Source of the DNA: Acinetobacter phage Presley
DNA length: 64,000 nt
Direction: 5' to 3' (one strand)
Sequence record: KF669658.1
Shown here in pieces: positions 1 to 8,466 of the stretch (position 1 is its first letter; each line of letters opens with the position of its first letter). The notes below the pieces were generated by a model, which saw nothing but the letters and a program-made list of their open reading frames with translations, was not told the DNA's origin and made no database searches. Made by a program: the position numbers and the translations under genes.

Positions 1-152
1 ACAGTAGGTCTTGGGGTCTGGCTTACACAAATCGGAAATACCCTCCCCCTATATCACTCTACAAAAAAGAATGCTTATTTCATGGACTACACATTACACA
101 AACGCTCACGCTAGAACTAGGCTTATATCAACGTCAACTTAGGAGATTACTC

Positions 153-434
153 ATGACTAAAGCTACTCAAACTACTGCTACTACTCAAGCTCAACCTATT
201 CAACCTAAACGTGCTGGACTAGGCGATGCTTTTGGTATGCTCATGCAAACTACTGTCTCATCACTATCTATGGTCAACAACCTAGCAATGGCAGGTGAAA
301 ACATTACAGGTGTATTAGCAGATAAGTCAGAGAACTTTCGTGAACAACAAACTATTGCAGATACCATGAAACATAATCAGTTAATGGCTAAGCTAAATGA
401 ACAAGCTGCTGCATTAGGGATTGATCTCGATTAA
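153..434 (+). CDS. hypothetical early protein (93 aa)
   Basis: ORF with strong SD 'TAGGAG' 8 nt upstream of ATG; first gene of plus-strand block. Confidence 0.55.
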   Translation: MTKATQTTATTQAQPIQPKRAGLGDAFGMLMQTTVSSLSMVNNLAMAGENITGVLADKSENFREQQTIADTMKHNQLMAKLNEQAAALGIDLD

Positions 435-440
435 CAGTGC

Positions 441-471
441 AACTAGGTGTACATCATATGGTGTACATCTA
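441..471. repeat. 30-bp imperfect palindrome made of two GGTGTACATC direct repeats around CATATG
   Basis: ctagGTGTACATCatatgGTGTACATCtag; read directly; lies in a 300-bp non-coding AT-rich spacer. Confidence 0.6.
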
Positions 472-736
472 GGTTTATCATAGGACAGTAAGATATGTAT
501 ATATTCAATGTATTGACAGTATCCATCCTCATATTACTCATCATATTTATTGTTATTGATATGAAGTAATACATGAGTAAGTAATTAATTTTACTTGTAA
601 TCTTAGTAGTTTTAACAAATTTAAAATTAACTTTGATCTTACTCAACTTATTCATTCTCATCCCTAATTACCTAATAGTAATTAATCACATCACTCACTT
701 TCATGAATGTACATGTAAATGTACTAGGAGTTAATT

Positions 737-1171
737 ATGTCTATTAAATTTCAATCTCTACAAAACGCTCTTACAAGTGTAATTGATAGAGACAGTGTAA
801 ATTCTATTATTCCTAATTTTTACACTAAACAGAGTAATCACTACAAACTAATCAACGCACATAAATATGTACTTGATGTTCTGATTACAGTATATGATTT
901 AAATATCATAGATGAACTTAAAGCTATGTTTCTCAATGGTTCTACTACAGTTAGTAGTGTTGTAATCATTGAACTAATCAAAGCTAAATACTATGGCAAT
1001 AAAGATGTATCTACTAACAAAATGTTAGAGAGAGCTATCATTATTGATCTATACAATGAACTATCTAAAGTTAAAACAATAGGACGTAATCAACTGATTA
1101 TTACCTTAACTTTATGTACTTCTAAACATGTAAATACTTCTACATTTAATCTTATTAAGATATGGAAGTAA
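737..1171 (+). CDS. hypothetical early protein (144 aa)
   Basis: ORF preceded by 'ctaggagttaatt' SD. Confidence 0.55.
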   Translation: MSIKFQSLQNALTSVIDRDSVNSIIPNFYTKQSNHYKLINAHKYVLDVLITVYDLNIIDELKAMFLNGSTTVSSVVIIELIKAKYYGNKDVSTNKMLERAIIIDLYNELSKVKTIGRNQLIITLTLCTSKHVNTSTFNLIKIWK

Positions 1172-1172
1172 G

Positions 1173-1189
1173 CATGTGCTACGCACATG
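1173..1189. promoter_or_regulatory. 7-bp stem / 3-nt loop DNA hairpin (CATGTGC-TAC-GCACATG), candidate vRNAP-type hairpin promoter or processing site
   Basis: Perfect inverted repeat 2 nt after the stop of the 737..1171 gene; no T-run follows; the geometry matches N4 vRNAP promoter hairpins (5-7 bp stem, 3-nt loop). Confidence 0.35.
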
Positions 1190-1202
1190 GTGGTAGGGAT
1201 AA

Positions 1203-1262
1203 GGCTACTTAATAATATATAACTTATATACTTATTATATTAATATATTTATATATAGTTAT
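1203..1262. repeat. (TA)n-rich low-complexity tract
   Basis: 'taataatatataacttatatacttattatattaatatatttatatatagttatatattatag' inside a 300-bp non-coding spacer. Confidence 0.6.
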
Positions 1263-1471
1263 ATATTATAGATTCATTTTTCCTTTCCTTAATTGAACCC
1301 TACGGGTGCAGGGTATCACCATGTGCATTTCTGTCAATAGTTCAGTTACATTAACTCAACACAACAGGATGAACTAACCAATGACCATACATCTCGATAT
1401 CAACAGTATTATGAGTATCATATTAATGATATTCGCTTTAATCACAGTAACTTATTTAATTGGAGTAGATC

Positions 1472-1726
1472 ATGGCAAACGCAACACTACCAGAGATCAT
1501 TAAGAAACTAGGTGATGATAACTGGATCTTAGAACATCTTACCGAAGCGGAAGCACGTAAGATGGGCGAAGACTTAGAAGGCTTTCATAAAGCTATGCGT
1601 AAGTCTATTTACAGTATTAGAACTGTACTAGGTTTAAGTGGAGATGAAGCTAACAAAGCTATTGCTGAACAGTTACGTATTCATCTTAACTCAACCACAA
1701 CACCATCAAACACATCACAACCTTAA
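1472..1726 (+). CDS. hypothetical early protein (84 aa)
   Basis: ORF with SD 'ttggagtagatc' before ATG. Confidence 0.55.
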   Translation: MANATLPEIIKKLGDDNWILEHLTEAEARKMGEDLEGFHKAMRKSIYSIRTVLGLSGDEANKAIAEQLRIHLNSTTTPSNTSQP

Positions 1727-1775
1727 TTTAGTTAATATACTTAACCATAAATATTAAGGTTTTAACCAAATCTAC

Positions 1776-1808
1776 AGAGTCATACTTAATCGTATTGACT
1801 CTTTTTTA
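1776..1808 (+). terminator. possible intrinsic terminator (7-bp stem, 13-nt loop, T6)
   Basis: agagtca...tgactct followed by tttttt. Confidence 0.35.
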
Positions 1809-1826
1809 ATATCTAAACAATCACAA

Positions 1827-2033
1827 ATGATTGGGACAGTATTTATGAAACTAACACCTATAGATCACATTGATCTTGCTAACTCTAAGTATGTACTGGT
1901 CATTATGGATGGTAAGGGTATGCCGCTTATCAACATACGTAATCAACGTATGAAAGACATGCTTAGAAAGATAATCATCCGTCATACCAAAGACGGATCT
2001 AAATTTGAAATCTATCAAGTTACACGTAATTAA
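1827..2033 (+). CDS. hypothetical protein (68 aa)
   Basis: ORF; weak SD, start uncertain (alternative ATG at 1845). Confidence 0.4.
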   Translation: MIGTVFMKLTPIDHIDLANSKYVLVIMDGKGMPLINIRNQRMKDMLRKIIIRHTKDGSKFEIYQVTRN

Positions 2034-2048
2034 TTGGAGTAAGTAACC

Positions 2049-2615
2049 ATGCAATATCAATCTAAATATACACTCGCACAATCAACTATCGATAACATTC
2101 ATATGATCTATCGTAATGATTGGGGACATGTAGATACTAATCTTTTACTTGATGTTCTTGAACGTAGAGGTAAAGACTATGTACGTAATATGCTTAGTCC
2201 AAATGCATCGTGGACCAATGAACAGATCGAAGATCTTAAAGGCAAATGGATCTTAGATACCAAAGGTAATGTTCATAAAGTTTTAGAAGTATTTACTATT
2301 GCTGGTGACTATGGACGTAAAGCAATACAGTTAGATACTGACCCTAAAGTTGTATATTCATTTAGTAATAACAACCGATGTCATGGATTAATCATCTTAG
2401 ACGTATTTACTTCTAATCCAATACCTAAACAAATATCTGTAGAAAGTACAGATAACATATTCAAAACCCACGCATTAAACAGTCAACAAGACACAGATGA
2501 TGCACCTGCACTAACCACATTTGATAATCAAGATGATGCAGTACCTTATAAAACTTTAGCATCACAGTTATCCACATTCGATAATGACAATGATGAAGAC
2601 GGTAATGAAGATTAA
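2049..2615 (+). CDS. hypothetical protein with acidic repeat C-terminus (188 aa)
   Basis: SD 'ttggagtaagtaacc'; C-terminus contains TTFDNQDD / STFDNDNDEDGNED repeats. Confidence 0.6.
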   Translation: MQYQSKYTLAQSTIDNIHMIYRNDWGHVDTNLLLDVLERRGKDYVRNMLSPNASWTNEQIEDLKGKWILDTKGNVHKVLEVFTIAGDYGRKAIQLDTDPKVVYSFSNNNRCHGLIILDVFTSNPIPKQISVESTDNIFKTHALNSQQDTDDAPALTTFDNQDDAVPYKTLASQLSTFDNDNDEDGNED

Positions 2616-2697
2616 TTATCTACATATCTTTGAGCATTGCTCTAAGTGTAATCGTCTATCAATCAACTGTATTTGTAATATGTCTTAGGAGATAACC

Positions 2698-2895
2698 ATG
2701 CGTTATATCGTCACATTCAAGGATGATCATGTTGCTTACTTTAAGAAGCATGATAACCCTAATCAGCCTAATCTTGTGGCCTGTACACCAGATTGGAAAC
2801 CAACACATATCTCAGGTTGGACTGAACAGGTATTAACTCAGTCTAAGACTGTTAAACATCTTCGTAAGGTATCTAACGATGAAGTACAACCCTAA
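2698..2895 (+). CDS. hypothetical protein (65 aa)
   Basis: strong SD 'cttaggagataacc'. Confidence 0.55.
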   Translation: MRYIVTFKDDHVAYFKKHDNPNQPNLVACTPDWKPTHISGWTEQVLTQSKTVKHLRKVSNDEVQP

Positions 2896-3130
2896 GCTAT
2901 TTAAACACCTCTTATTCACATTACACCTATGTGTACTGTGGATTGGTGTTGTAGCTATCTATAAACATACAGAACATCCAATAGGACAACTGGTAGGTGT
3001 ATACACTCTCGTTGTCTTTGGTGCTTTGTTAATTATCGGTGTGCTCTATGCGCTCCATTTCGTTTACTGGTGGCTCTTTATGAGTCATCGGTACACTTAT
3101 ACCCAATATCGCAAGAGATCACTGCTATGA
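2879..3130 (+). CDS. small membrane protein (83 aa, two hydrophobic helices)
   Basis: ORF overlapping its neighbours by a few nt; hydrophobic composition. Confidence 0.4.
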   Translation: MKYNPKLFKHLLFTLHLCVLWIGVVAIYKHTEHPIGQLVGVYTLVVFGALLIIGVLYALHFVYWWLFMSHRYTYTQYRKRSLL

Positions 3131-3789
3131 GCAAATATGATGATTTTATGGCTAGGTTCAAACACCTTATAGACGGTAAGTTTATAGGTGTACCTACACC
3201 TATCGCAGAGAACTGGCCTGTACGTACCAAAATAGTAGCTACATCGACACCAGTAGGCGTAAGCCTACGTAGTGGCATGGATGTAGCTGCAGGTATGGAT
3301 TATGGAACATTAGAAAATAGAATATGGCCTAATCCATACGAAGAACCTATTAACCTTAATAAACGAGCAATCAAACACATGAATGAAATACAACGTACAT
3401 TCAATGAAATCCATAAACACTTTCCAGAAGTGGTAGCCAAGATAGGTGAACTAGCTGAACCTTACTTCCTTGGTGGTATGGAAGGATTTCATAATATCAA
3501 CCATTACTATAATGCTGCATCTATGCGTTCTGTATTAAATACCCATAGTCGTAATATTAAATATGCGGTATACGCTATTTATTTAAAAGCATGGGTAGTA
3601 CGTGGACCATTGGATATGGAACATGCAACTCAAATACAAAAAGCATTAGGTAAGAGTCTTCGATCTAATTCACCTGCACGTGCTGCTATATATGAGTGTA
3701 TTAAATCATTTAGCAAACTAGCAGGTAATAACCAATCATTTAAACAAATCTGTTTAGCACATTCAGGATGGTATGGATATGAAAACTAA
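3127..3789 (+). CDS. hypothetical protein (220 aa)
   Basis: The ORF-track entry begins at a GTG (3070); the first ATG with a plausible SD ('aagaga') is 3127 (MSKYDDF...). Confidence 0.5.
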   Translation: MSKYDDFMARFKHLIDGKFIGVPTPIAENWPVRTKIVATSTPVGVSLRSGMDVAAGMDYGTLENRIWPNPYEEPINLNKRAIKHMNEIQRTFNEIHKHFPEVVAKIGELAEPYFLGGMEGFHNINHYYNAASMRSVLNTHSRNIKYAVYAIYLKAWVVRGPLDMEHATQIQKALGKSLRSNSPARAAIYECIKSFSKLAGNNQSFKQICLAHSGWYGYEN

Positions 3790-4336
3790 ATCAGAAGATC
3801 CTGATGTATATGTTAAAGAAATGGCAGGGTTAATTACATTAGCTGCTGACATTATCCAAAACAACAAACCAGATCTGCTTGATCACGTACCACAGTATTT
3901 AAATAGATATGGTAATAGAAACATTTCACATGATTTTTTAAATATTAACCAATCCAGACAAACTACTAATGCATTCACCTCTGAAATATTGGGTGAAATA
4001 CAGTTAATAGATAACTGGATAAATACATTAATGCGTTACTGTATTGAATCAGAAACTATTGACTATAAAGAAGACATCCCTTATTGGGAGGATATACCTA
4101 TTTCTGCTCTTGTCTATCTGCACATCGTCCAAGGACTCAGTGCAGCAGACACCGCAGAAATATTAAATGTATTAGGTCCATTTAGATTTCTAAATGATGC
4201 AGCAAAGTGTGCACTTATCCCAAGATTAAATCTTATGGGTGTAGGTCTACATACTTGGCTATATGCATCTCAATACACACGTAAAACACGCTATGCGTTT
4301 TATGACGTTAAACGTGGAATACCTAATAGCCAATGA
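3773..4336 (+). CDS. hypothetical protein (187 aa); contains internal 'IPRLNLMGVG' motif
   Basis: ORF, ATG overlap with upstream gene. Confidence 0.5.
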   Translation: MDMKTKSEDPDVYVKEMAGLITLAADIIQNNKPDLLDHVPQYLNRYGNRNISHDFLNINQSRQTTNAFTSEILGEIQLIDNWINTLMRYCIESETIDYKEDIPYWEDIPISALVYLHIVQGLSAADTAEILNVLGPFRFLNDAAKCALIPRLNLMGVGLHTWLYASQYTRKTRYAFYDVKRGIPNSQ

Positions 4337-4451
4337 AACTAAATGGATTCCATAATCTATACAACCTAAACGAACAAGTAATCAGTCCAGAAGTAGGAAC
4401 CAAACTCATACTTATTGGAGTGGTATTCCAAGACCATAAGGACATCGTACA

Positions 4452-5105
4452 ATGAAACCACTTTCAAGTAAGGTAGTAGCCCAAATTAATAAACAATTAA
4501 TTGGACATCCTAATATCTACCAACAATTGCAAAATGCACAATCATTAGGTTCATTACTAGAAGCATTACATGCTGCATATACTAATCTAGTAATGGATCT
4601 TAATATGGTTGATGTAGAGCGTTATTTAAATGCTCGTTATGGTTCACGTGTTAAGGCATTAGTACATGAACTCATGAACAAAGACCCTTATGTATTATTG
4701 CGATATAGCTCTATATATTTAAATCCATACCTCAATCAAATTAATGCCAGATTAGCCTTAATAGGTAAAACTGAAAGATTAGAGGAATCTAACCGTAAAG
4801 CAGGATCATGTTTAAATTATAAATATCAGATTCCTGATTTTGATTTATACGATCATTCTGCTGATGCATTAGGTAAATCTTTATTCATGAATCGTGGTAG
4901 TGGTAAATCAAACTTTCAACAAGAGTTAATGACTCAAATGTTAAAAGATATTGAAAGCCAATACATACCACCTAATTTGATTGAACAGTTAGAAAAGAAA
5001 TTCTTTAACGGTAGTCAGTTAGCTCAACTCATGGCTGCAGAAACAATAACCCTTAAAGTAGAAACAGATAATGAAAAGATCGTCACGATAGATCCTTTCA
5101 TTTAG
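4452..5105 (+). CDS. hypothetical protein (217 aa); contains 'INARLALIGK' motif
   Basis: SD 'ataagga' 8 nt before ATG. Confidence 0.55.
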   Translation: MKPLSSKVVAQINKQLIGHPNIYQQLQNAQSLGSLLEALHAAYTNLVMDLNMVDVERYLNARYGSRVKALVHELMNKDPYVLLRYSSIYLNPYLNQINARLALIGKTERLEESNRKAGSCLNYKYQIPDFDLYDHSADALGKSLFMNRGSGKSNFQQELMTQMLKDIESQYIPPNLIEQLEKKFFNGSQLAQLMAAETITLKVETDNEKIVTIDPFI

Positions 5106-5148
5106 ATCGTACTTCCAAAAACCCATTCGGTAGGTCCATTGTGCAAGG

Positions 5149-5167
5149 GCGTTCTTTCAAAGGACGC
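5149..5167. promoter_or_regulatory. 8-bp stem (one G.T) / 3-nt loop hairpin GCGTTCTT-TCA-AAGGACGC
   Basis: Inverted repeat 44 nt downstream of the 4452..5105 stop; no T-run; bottom-strand loop reads TGA. Confidence 0.3.
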
Positions 5168-5224
5168 TCCGCTTAAACATGGCAATAATGCCTATATTTA
5201 AATTAATCTCATTGGAGAAAAATC

Positions 5225-5602
5225 ATGTCAGGTTTTCGTAAAGTATCAAATGGTCAAGTAACTGTAGCTACTCCACGTCAAGCATTTGGTCGGGGTGCAG
5301 CAGCAGCGAATCACTATAACCAACAACAACAAATGCAACGTGAAGTAAGTGCACCAGTGATGTATATCAATATGTTCTTACCATTATCAAATGGCGAACG
5401 TTCACGTTTAGGTGACAAGGGTATTGGATTAACATTAGATAATCCGGTACATGCACGCTTAATTGAATTGATTAATTCAGAACAATTAACTGCAGAGCAT
5501 CTAGGTGCATTAATTCAATTTGAAATTGGTCGTCCACGTGATCCTAATGCTGAAATCGATTTCGACTTCTCTGCATTGGAAGCTGCATTCCCTGCTGAAT
5601 AA
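5225..5602 (+). CDS. hypothetical protein (125 aa)
   Basis: SD 'cattggagaaaaatc'. Confidence 0.55.
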   Translation: MSGFRKVSNGQVTVATPRQAFGRGAAAANHYNQQQQMQREVSAPVMYINMFLPLSNGERSRLGDKGIGLTLDNPVHARLIELINSEQLTAEHLGALIQFEIGRPRDPNAEIDFDFSALEAAFPAE

Positions 5603-5622
5603 TCACTGAAATATATAAGAAG

Positions 5623-5652
5623 CCCTAGCCAGTAATGGTTAGGGTTTTTTAT
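5623..5652 (+). terminator. intrinsic terminator
   Basis: ccctagcc-agtaat-ggttaggg (one G.T) followed by tttttt. Confidence 0.6.
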
Positions 5653-5664
5653 TGGAGAGTACCC

Positions 5665-5877
5665 ATGTTAATTAGACAAGAGGATGATCTAATTCATTTA
5701 GATTTCATTACCCATAAATCAGAAAAAACAGGTGAACGGCTTACATATTACATTGGCTATCTTAAAGACATTAATGGAGAGTGTATACCTAATTGTTGGG
5801 GTTCATTTGAAAATGAATTCCGCAGCTTAGATACGCTTAATATGCAAAGCCCACTTATCTGTTATCCACTGTATTGA
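5665..5877 (+). CDS. hypothetical protein (70 aa)
   Basis: The track ORF starts inside the terminator at 5635; the ATG at 5665 has SD 'ttggagagtaccc'. Confidence 0.4.
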   Translation: MLIRQEDDLIHLDFITHKSEKTGERLTYYIGYLKDINGECIPNCWGSFENEFRSLDTLNMQSPLICYPLY

Positions 5878-5884
5878 GGTATAT

Positions 5885-6232
5885 ATGATCCACATCTACG
5901 TACGTACCCTATTCGGGTATGAGCATAAGCGATCTGTACCAATAGACCGTGAAGCATTCCAAGCAATAATGGATAGACACGCTACCCGAAGCATTAAAGT
6001 GCTAGGCATACGTTATTACCATTTAACCAAACAATACGACATTAACGCGCTACGTAAGATTAAAGGTATGTGTACATTGTTAGGTAAGAATTTACCCAAT
6101 GCTACCTACTTTCTTATCTTTCATTCATTTATAGATGAAGTAACCAATCCAACCTTTGACCATGTTCAACAAGAAGAATGGTTCAAAGAACTTACTCAAA
6201 TCCATAAGGTAAGAGACGATGAGCCAATCTGA
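5885..6232 (+). CDS. hypothetical protein (115 aa)
   Basis: SD 'tgaggtatat'. Confidence 0.5.
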   Translation: MIHIYVRTLFGYEHKRSVPIDREAFQAIMDRHATRSIKVLGIRYYHLTKQYDINALRKIKGMCTLLGKNLPNATYFLIFHSFIDEVTNPTFDHVQQEEWFKELTQIHKVRDDEPI

Positions 6233-6437
6233 TAAATACCTAGTGTATCAAGATATCGCAGATGGCCTTTCAGAAGTAAGAACAACTCTAAATTCAATAT
6301 TAGAGATAGTCTCAAAAACTGAGGGTGAAGTGGTATCTCATAGTATCTGCCCATTATTCCAAAGATCCGGTCCATTACATATAACTGTAATTGCCAAATA
6401 CAAAGGAGCACCCGATGCAACATCAACAACCGTATAA
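6219..6437 (+). CDS. hypothetical protein (72 aa)
   Basis: ORF overlapping both neighbours; SD 'aagagacg'. Confidence 0.35.
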   Translation: MSQSDKYLVYQDIADGLSEVRTTLNSILEIVSKTEGEVVSHSICPLFQRSGPLHITVIAKYKGAPDATSTTV

Positions 6438-6939
6438 ACCTTATGCAGCCTTCGGTTCGAGAGATACACCAGATGATGTACTAGAAATCATGGCTATGAT
6501 TGGTGGTGAACTAGAAGCAATGGGCTTCACTATGCGTAACGGCGGAGCCAGTGGAGCAGATGAAGCCTTTCTTACTAATATCCAAAATCCGAGCACTGTA
6601 GAACTTTATCTACCATGGCAAGGGTTTAACGGATATGAGTCTGATATGTCAGAACCTAAAGCATTCGCTTATGAAGTGGCATTCCTTAACCATCCTAACT
6701 GGTCAGCATGTAATGAGAAGGTTCGTAAACTACATGCACGTAACAGCTACATAGCACTAGGCTTAGATAGCAAAGATACAAAGAGTCTCTTTGGTGTCTG
6801 TTGGACTCCTAATGGTGCTTGTGTTGGCGGTAGCGGTCAAACCATACGTGTATTGGATACCAATCTAATACCTGTATTTAACTTAGGTGAAGGCGAACAT
6901 GTATTGGATGCCTTAATCGAATTCGTAAACAAACTTTAG
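6415..6939 (+). CDS. Rossmann-fold DprA/Smf- or SLOG-like nucleotide-binding protein (174 aa)
   Basis: 'RNGGASGADEAF' resembles the DprA/SLOG GGAxG(I/A)D signature; the ATG at 6415 has a perfect 'AAGGAG' SD. Confidence 0.45.
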   Translation: MQHQQPYKPYAAFGSRDTPDDVLEIMAMIGGELEAMGFTMRNGGASGADEAFLTNIQNPSTVELYLPWQGFNGYESDMSEPKAFAYEVAFLNHPNWSACNEKVRKLHARNSYIALGLDSKDTKSLFGVCWTPNGACVGGSGQTIRVLDTNLIPVFNLGEGEHVLDALIEFVNKL

Positions 6940-6955
6940 AATTAGGAGTACCTAA

Positions 6956-7906
6956 ATGTATCAAGCTGAATTGGAAGTAATGTTCTCTAAGAAGCATGCA
7001 CATGAACATATCTATGACATGTTGCTTGAGAATCTTGAAACCATGGAAATGATTGAGCGTGGTATCAATCTATTAGAGGTATGGACTAACGTACCTGCTA
7101 AATACGATACCAAGCAACAACGCATTGATGCATTAAAGGGAATGAATATTCAGAAGATTGTAGAAGAAATCTATACCCGTATCATATCTGTTAAAGGCCA
7201 CACTGCATTAGCAAGTATGGCTTCACAGATTGGTATGGGACTAGGCTTTGCTGATACCAAACAAGGTATCACTTTAGCTGCAGAGATATTAGCTGTATTA
7301 GCTAATTCTGGATTCTTCTATATCTATCAACCATTCCCACGTGGACAACGATATGTTAAGTGTAACTTTGAGTTAGATGAAGAAACTCAAGAAATCGCTG
7401 ATCGTGCCATGTATATGCCACCAATGATAACCAAGCCTAATAAGCTTAAACATAACCGTAGTTCAGGCTACCAAACCATAAAAGGAGAATCTTTAATACT
7501 AGGTGGATCATATAAACATCATGAATATGATATCTGCTTAGATGTACTCAACATCATGAATTCTGTTCCATTGGCTATCAATGAAGAATTCCGTGAATAC
7601 TGTCTTGAAGAACCAACAAGTGAACTAGACGAGATTGAGGGTGCAGAACAAATGACTCAAATTGAGTTAATGAATGCACGTACGCAAAAGCGACTCAATT
7701 GGGAAGATCACGTCCGTAAATCTACTGCTCTATACGACCTGATGATAGAAGAAGGAAACCAATTCTATCTTACTCATAAAGTAGATACGCGAGGTCGTAT
7801 ATATTCTCAAGGCCATCATATCAACCCACAGGGTACTAGCTTTAAGAAAGCTATCCTAGATCTACATCGTAAGGAGAAAATCGATGTACCAGAAGGATTC
7901 TTCTAA
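6956..7906 (+). CDS. phage RNA polymerase II, N-terminal (small) subunit of a split T7-like RNAP
   Basis: 316-aa ORF with 'TAGGAG' SD. It is paired with 8466..9716, which carries RNAP motif C; the arrangement mirrors N4 gp15/gp16. Confidence 0.55.
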   Translation: MYQAELEVMFSKKHAHEHIYDMLLENLETMEMIERGINLLEVWTNVPAKYDTKQQRIDALKGMNIQKIVEEIYTRIISVKGHTALASMASQIGMGLGFADTKQGITLAAEILAVLANSGFFYIYQPFPRGQRYVKCNFELDEETQEIADRAMYMPPMITKPNKLKHNRSSGYQTIKGESLILGGSYKHHEYDICLDVLNIMNSVPLAINEEFREYCLEEPTSELDEIEGAEQMTQIELMNARTQKRLNWEDHVRKSTALYDLMIEEGNQFYLTHKVDTRGRIYSQGHHINPQGTSFKKAILDLHRKEKIDVPEGFF

Positions 7907-8180
7907 TGGTACGGCTGTTATTATTCATACTGAGTTATACGACCATCTCATGCACGGCAATCCATTTAGTGATGCACGCCTTGATGGTCACTGCATTATC
8001 GTAAGATTAGTAGGCCCTGCAATGATATTTGTATCATGGGCATCTACTCAGGATAGAAACATTTATCCAGAAATAACCATAAAAGATGAACCTGCTTACA
8101 TAGCTAGATATCGTTTATCTAAAAACTATGAAGCAGCATATGAGGCTTTATATGGAGCATCCAATAGTGGCAAGACTTGA
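7884..8180 (+). CDS. small protein inserted between RNAP II subunits (98 aa), paralog of the next gene
   Basis: SD 'aaggagaaaatcg'; shares 'LYDHL' and '[YF]IARYxLxxxYxAAY' motifs with 8152..8466. Confidence 0.5.
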   Translation: MYQKDSSNGTAVIIHTELYDHLMHGNPFSDARLDGHCIIVRLVGPAMIFVSWASTQDRNIYPEITIKDEPAYIARYRLSKNYEAAYEALYGASNSGKT

Positions 8181-8466
8181 TGTGTATATGAGCACTGCTT
8201 TATACGATCATCTTAAATTTAATATCTCATTAAATAAAAGTCGCAATGCTAAACATATGTACGATCTGAGGTTAGTACGCTTCTATACAGATATGGATAA
8301 TGGACAAATAGTACATTCATTTGACTTCCTTAAAGCCATAAATTATGCAGACCGTTTACCTAATATGCCTGAAATCTTTCCGCATGAGGAATTAGATTTT
8401 ATAGCTCGTTATAACTTATGCCGTGATTACATTGCGGCTTACAAATCAGTAAAAGGATTCCTTTAA
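8152..8466 (+). CDS. small protein inserted between RNAP II subunits (about 104 aa), paralog of 7884..8180
   Basis: ORF 8128..8466; the start is ambiguous (ATG at 8128, 8140, 8152 or 8188). 8152 has SD 'gagg' and gives the best N-terminal alignment to the paralog. Confidence 0.4.
   Translation: MEHPIVARLDVYMSTALYDHLKFNISLNKSRNAKHMYDLRLVRFYTDMDNGQIVHSFDFLKAINYADRLPNMPEIFPHEELDFIARYNLCRDYIAAYKSVKGFL

Noticed and set aside
1-152. Possible genome terminus or terminal repeat at the window start
   Set aside because: No repeat copy is visible within the window to confirm it, and one window cannot establish the genome ends.
443-661. 72-aa minus-strand ORF in the first AT-rich spacer
   Set aside because: It lies entirely in low-complexity AT-rich DNA and has no SD. 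Its composition is driven by Ile/Asn/Lys/Tyr codons typical of random AT-rich frames.
1381-1503. 40-aa hydrophobic ORF (MTIHLDINSIMSIILMIFALITVTYLIGVDHGKR...) overlapping the start of gene 1472
   Set aside because: It overlaps the next gene's SD and start in another frame and has a weak SD, so it cannot be supported without conservation data.
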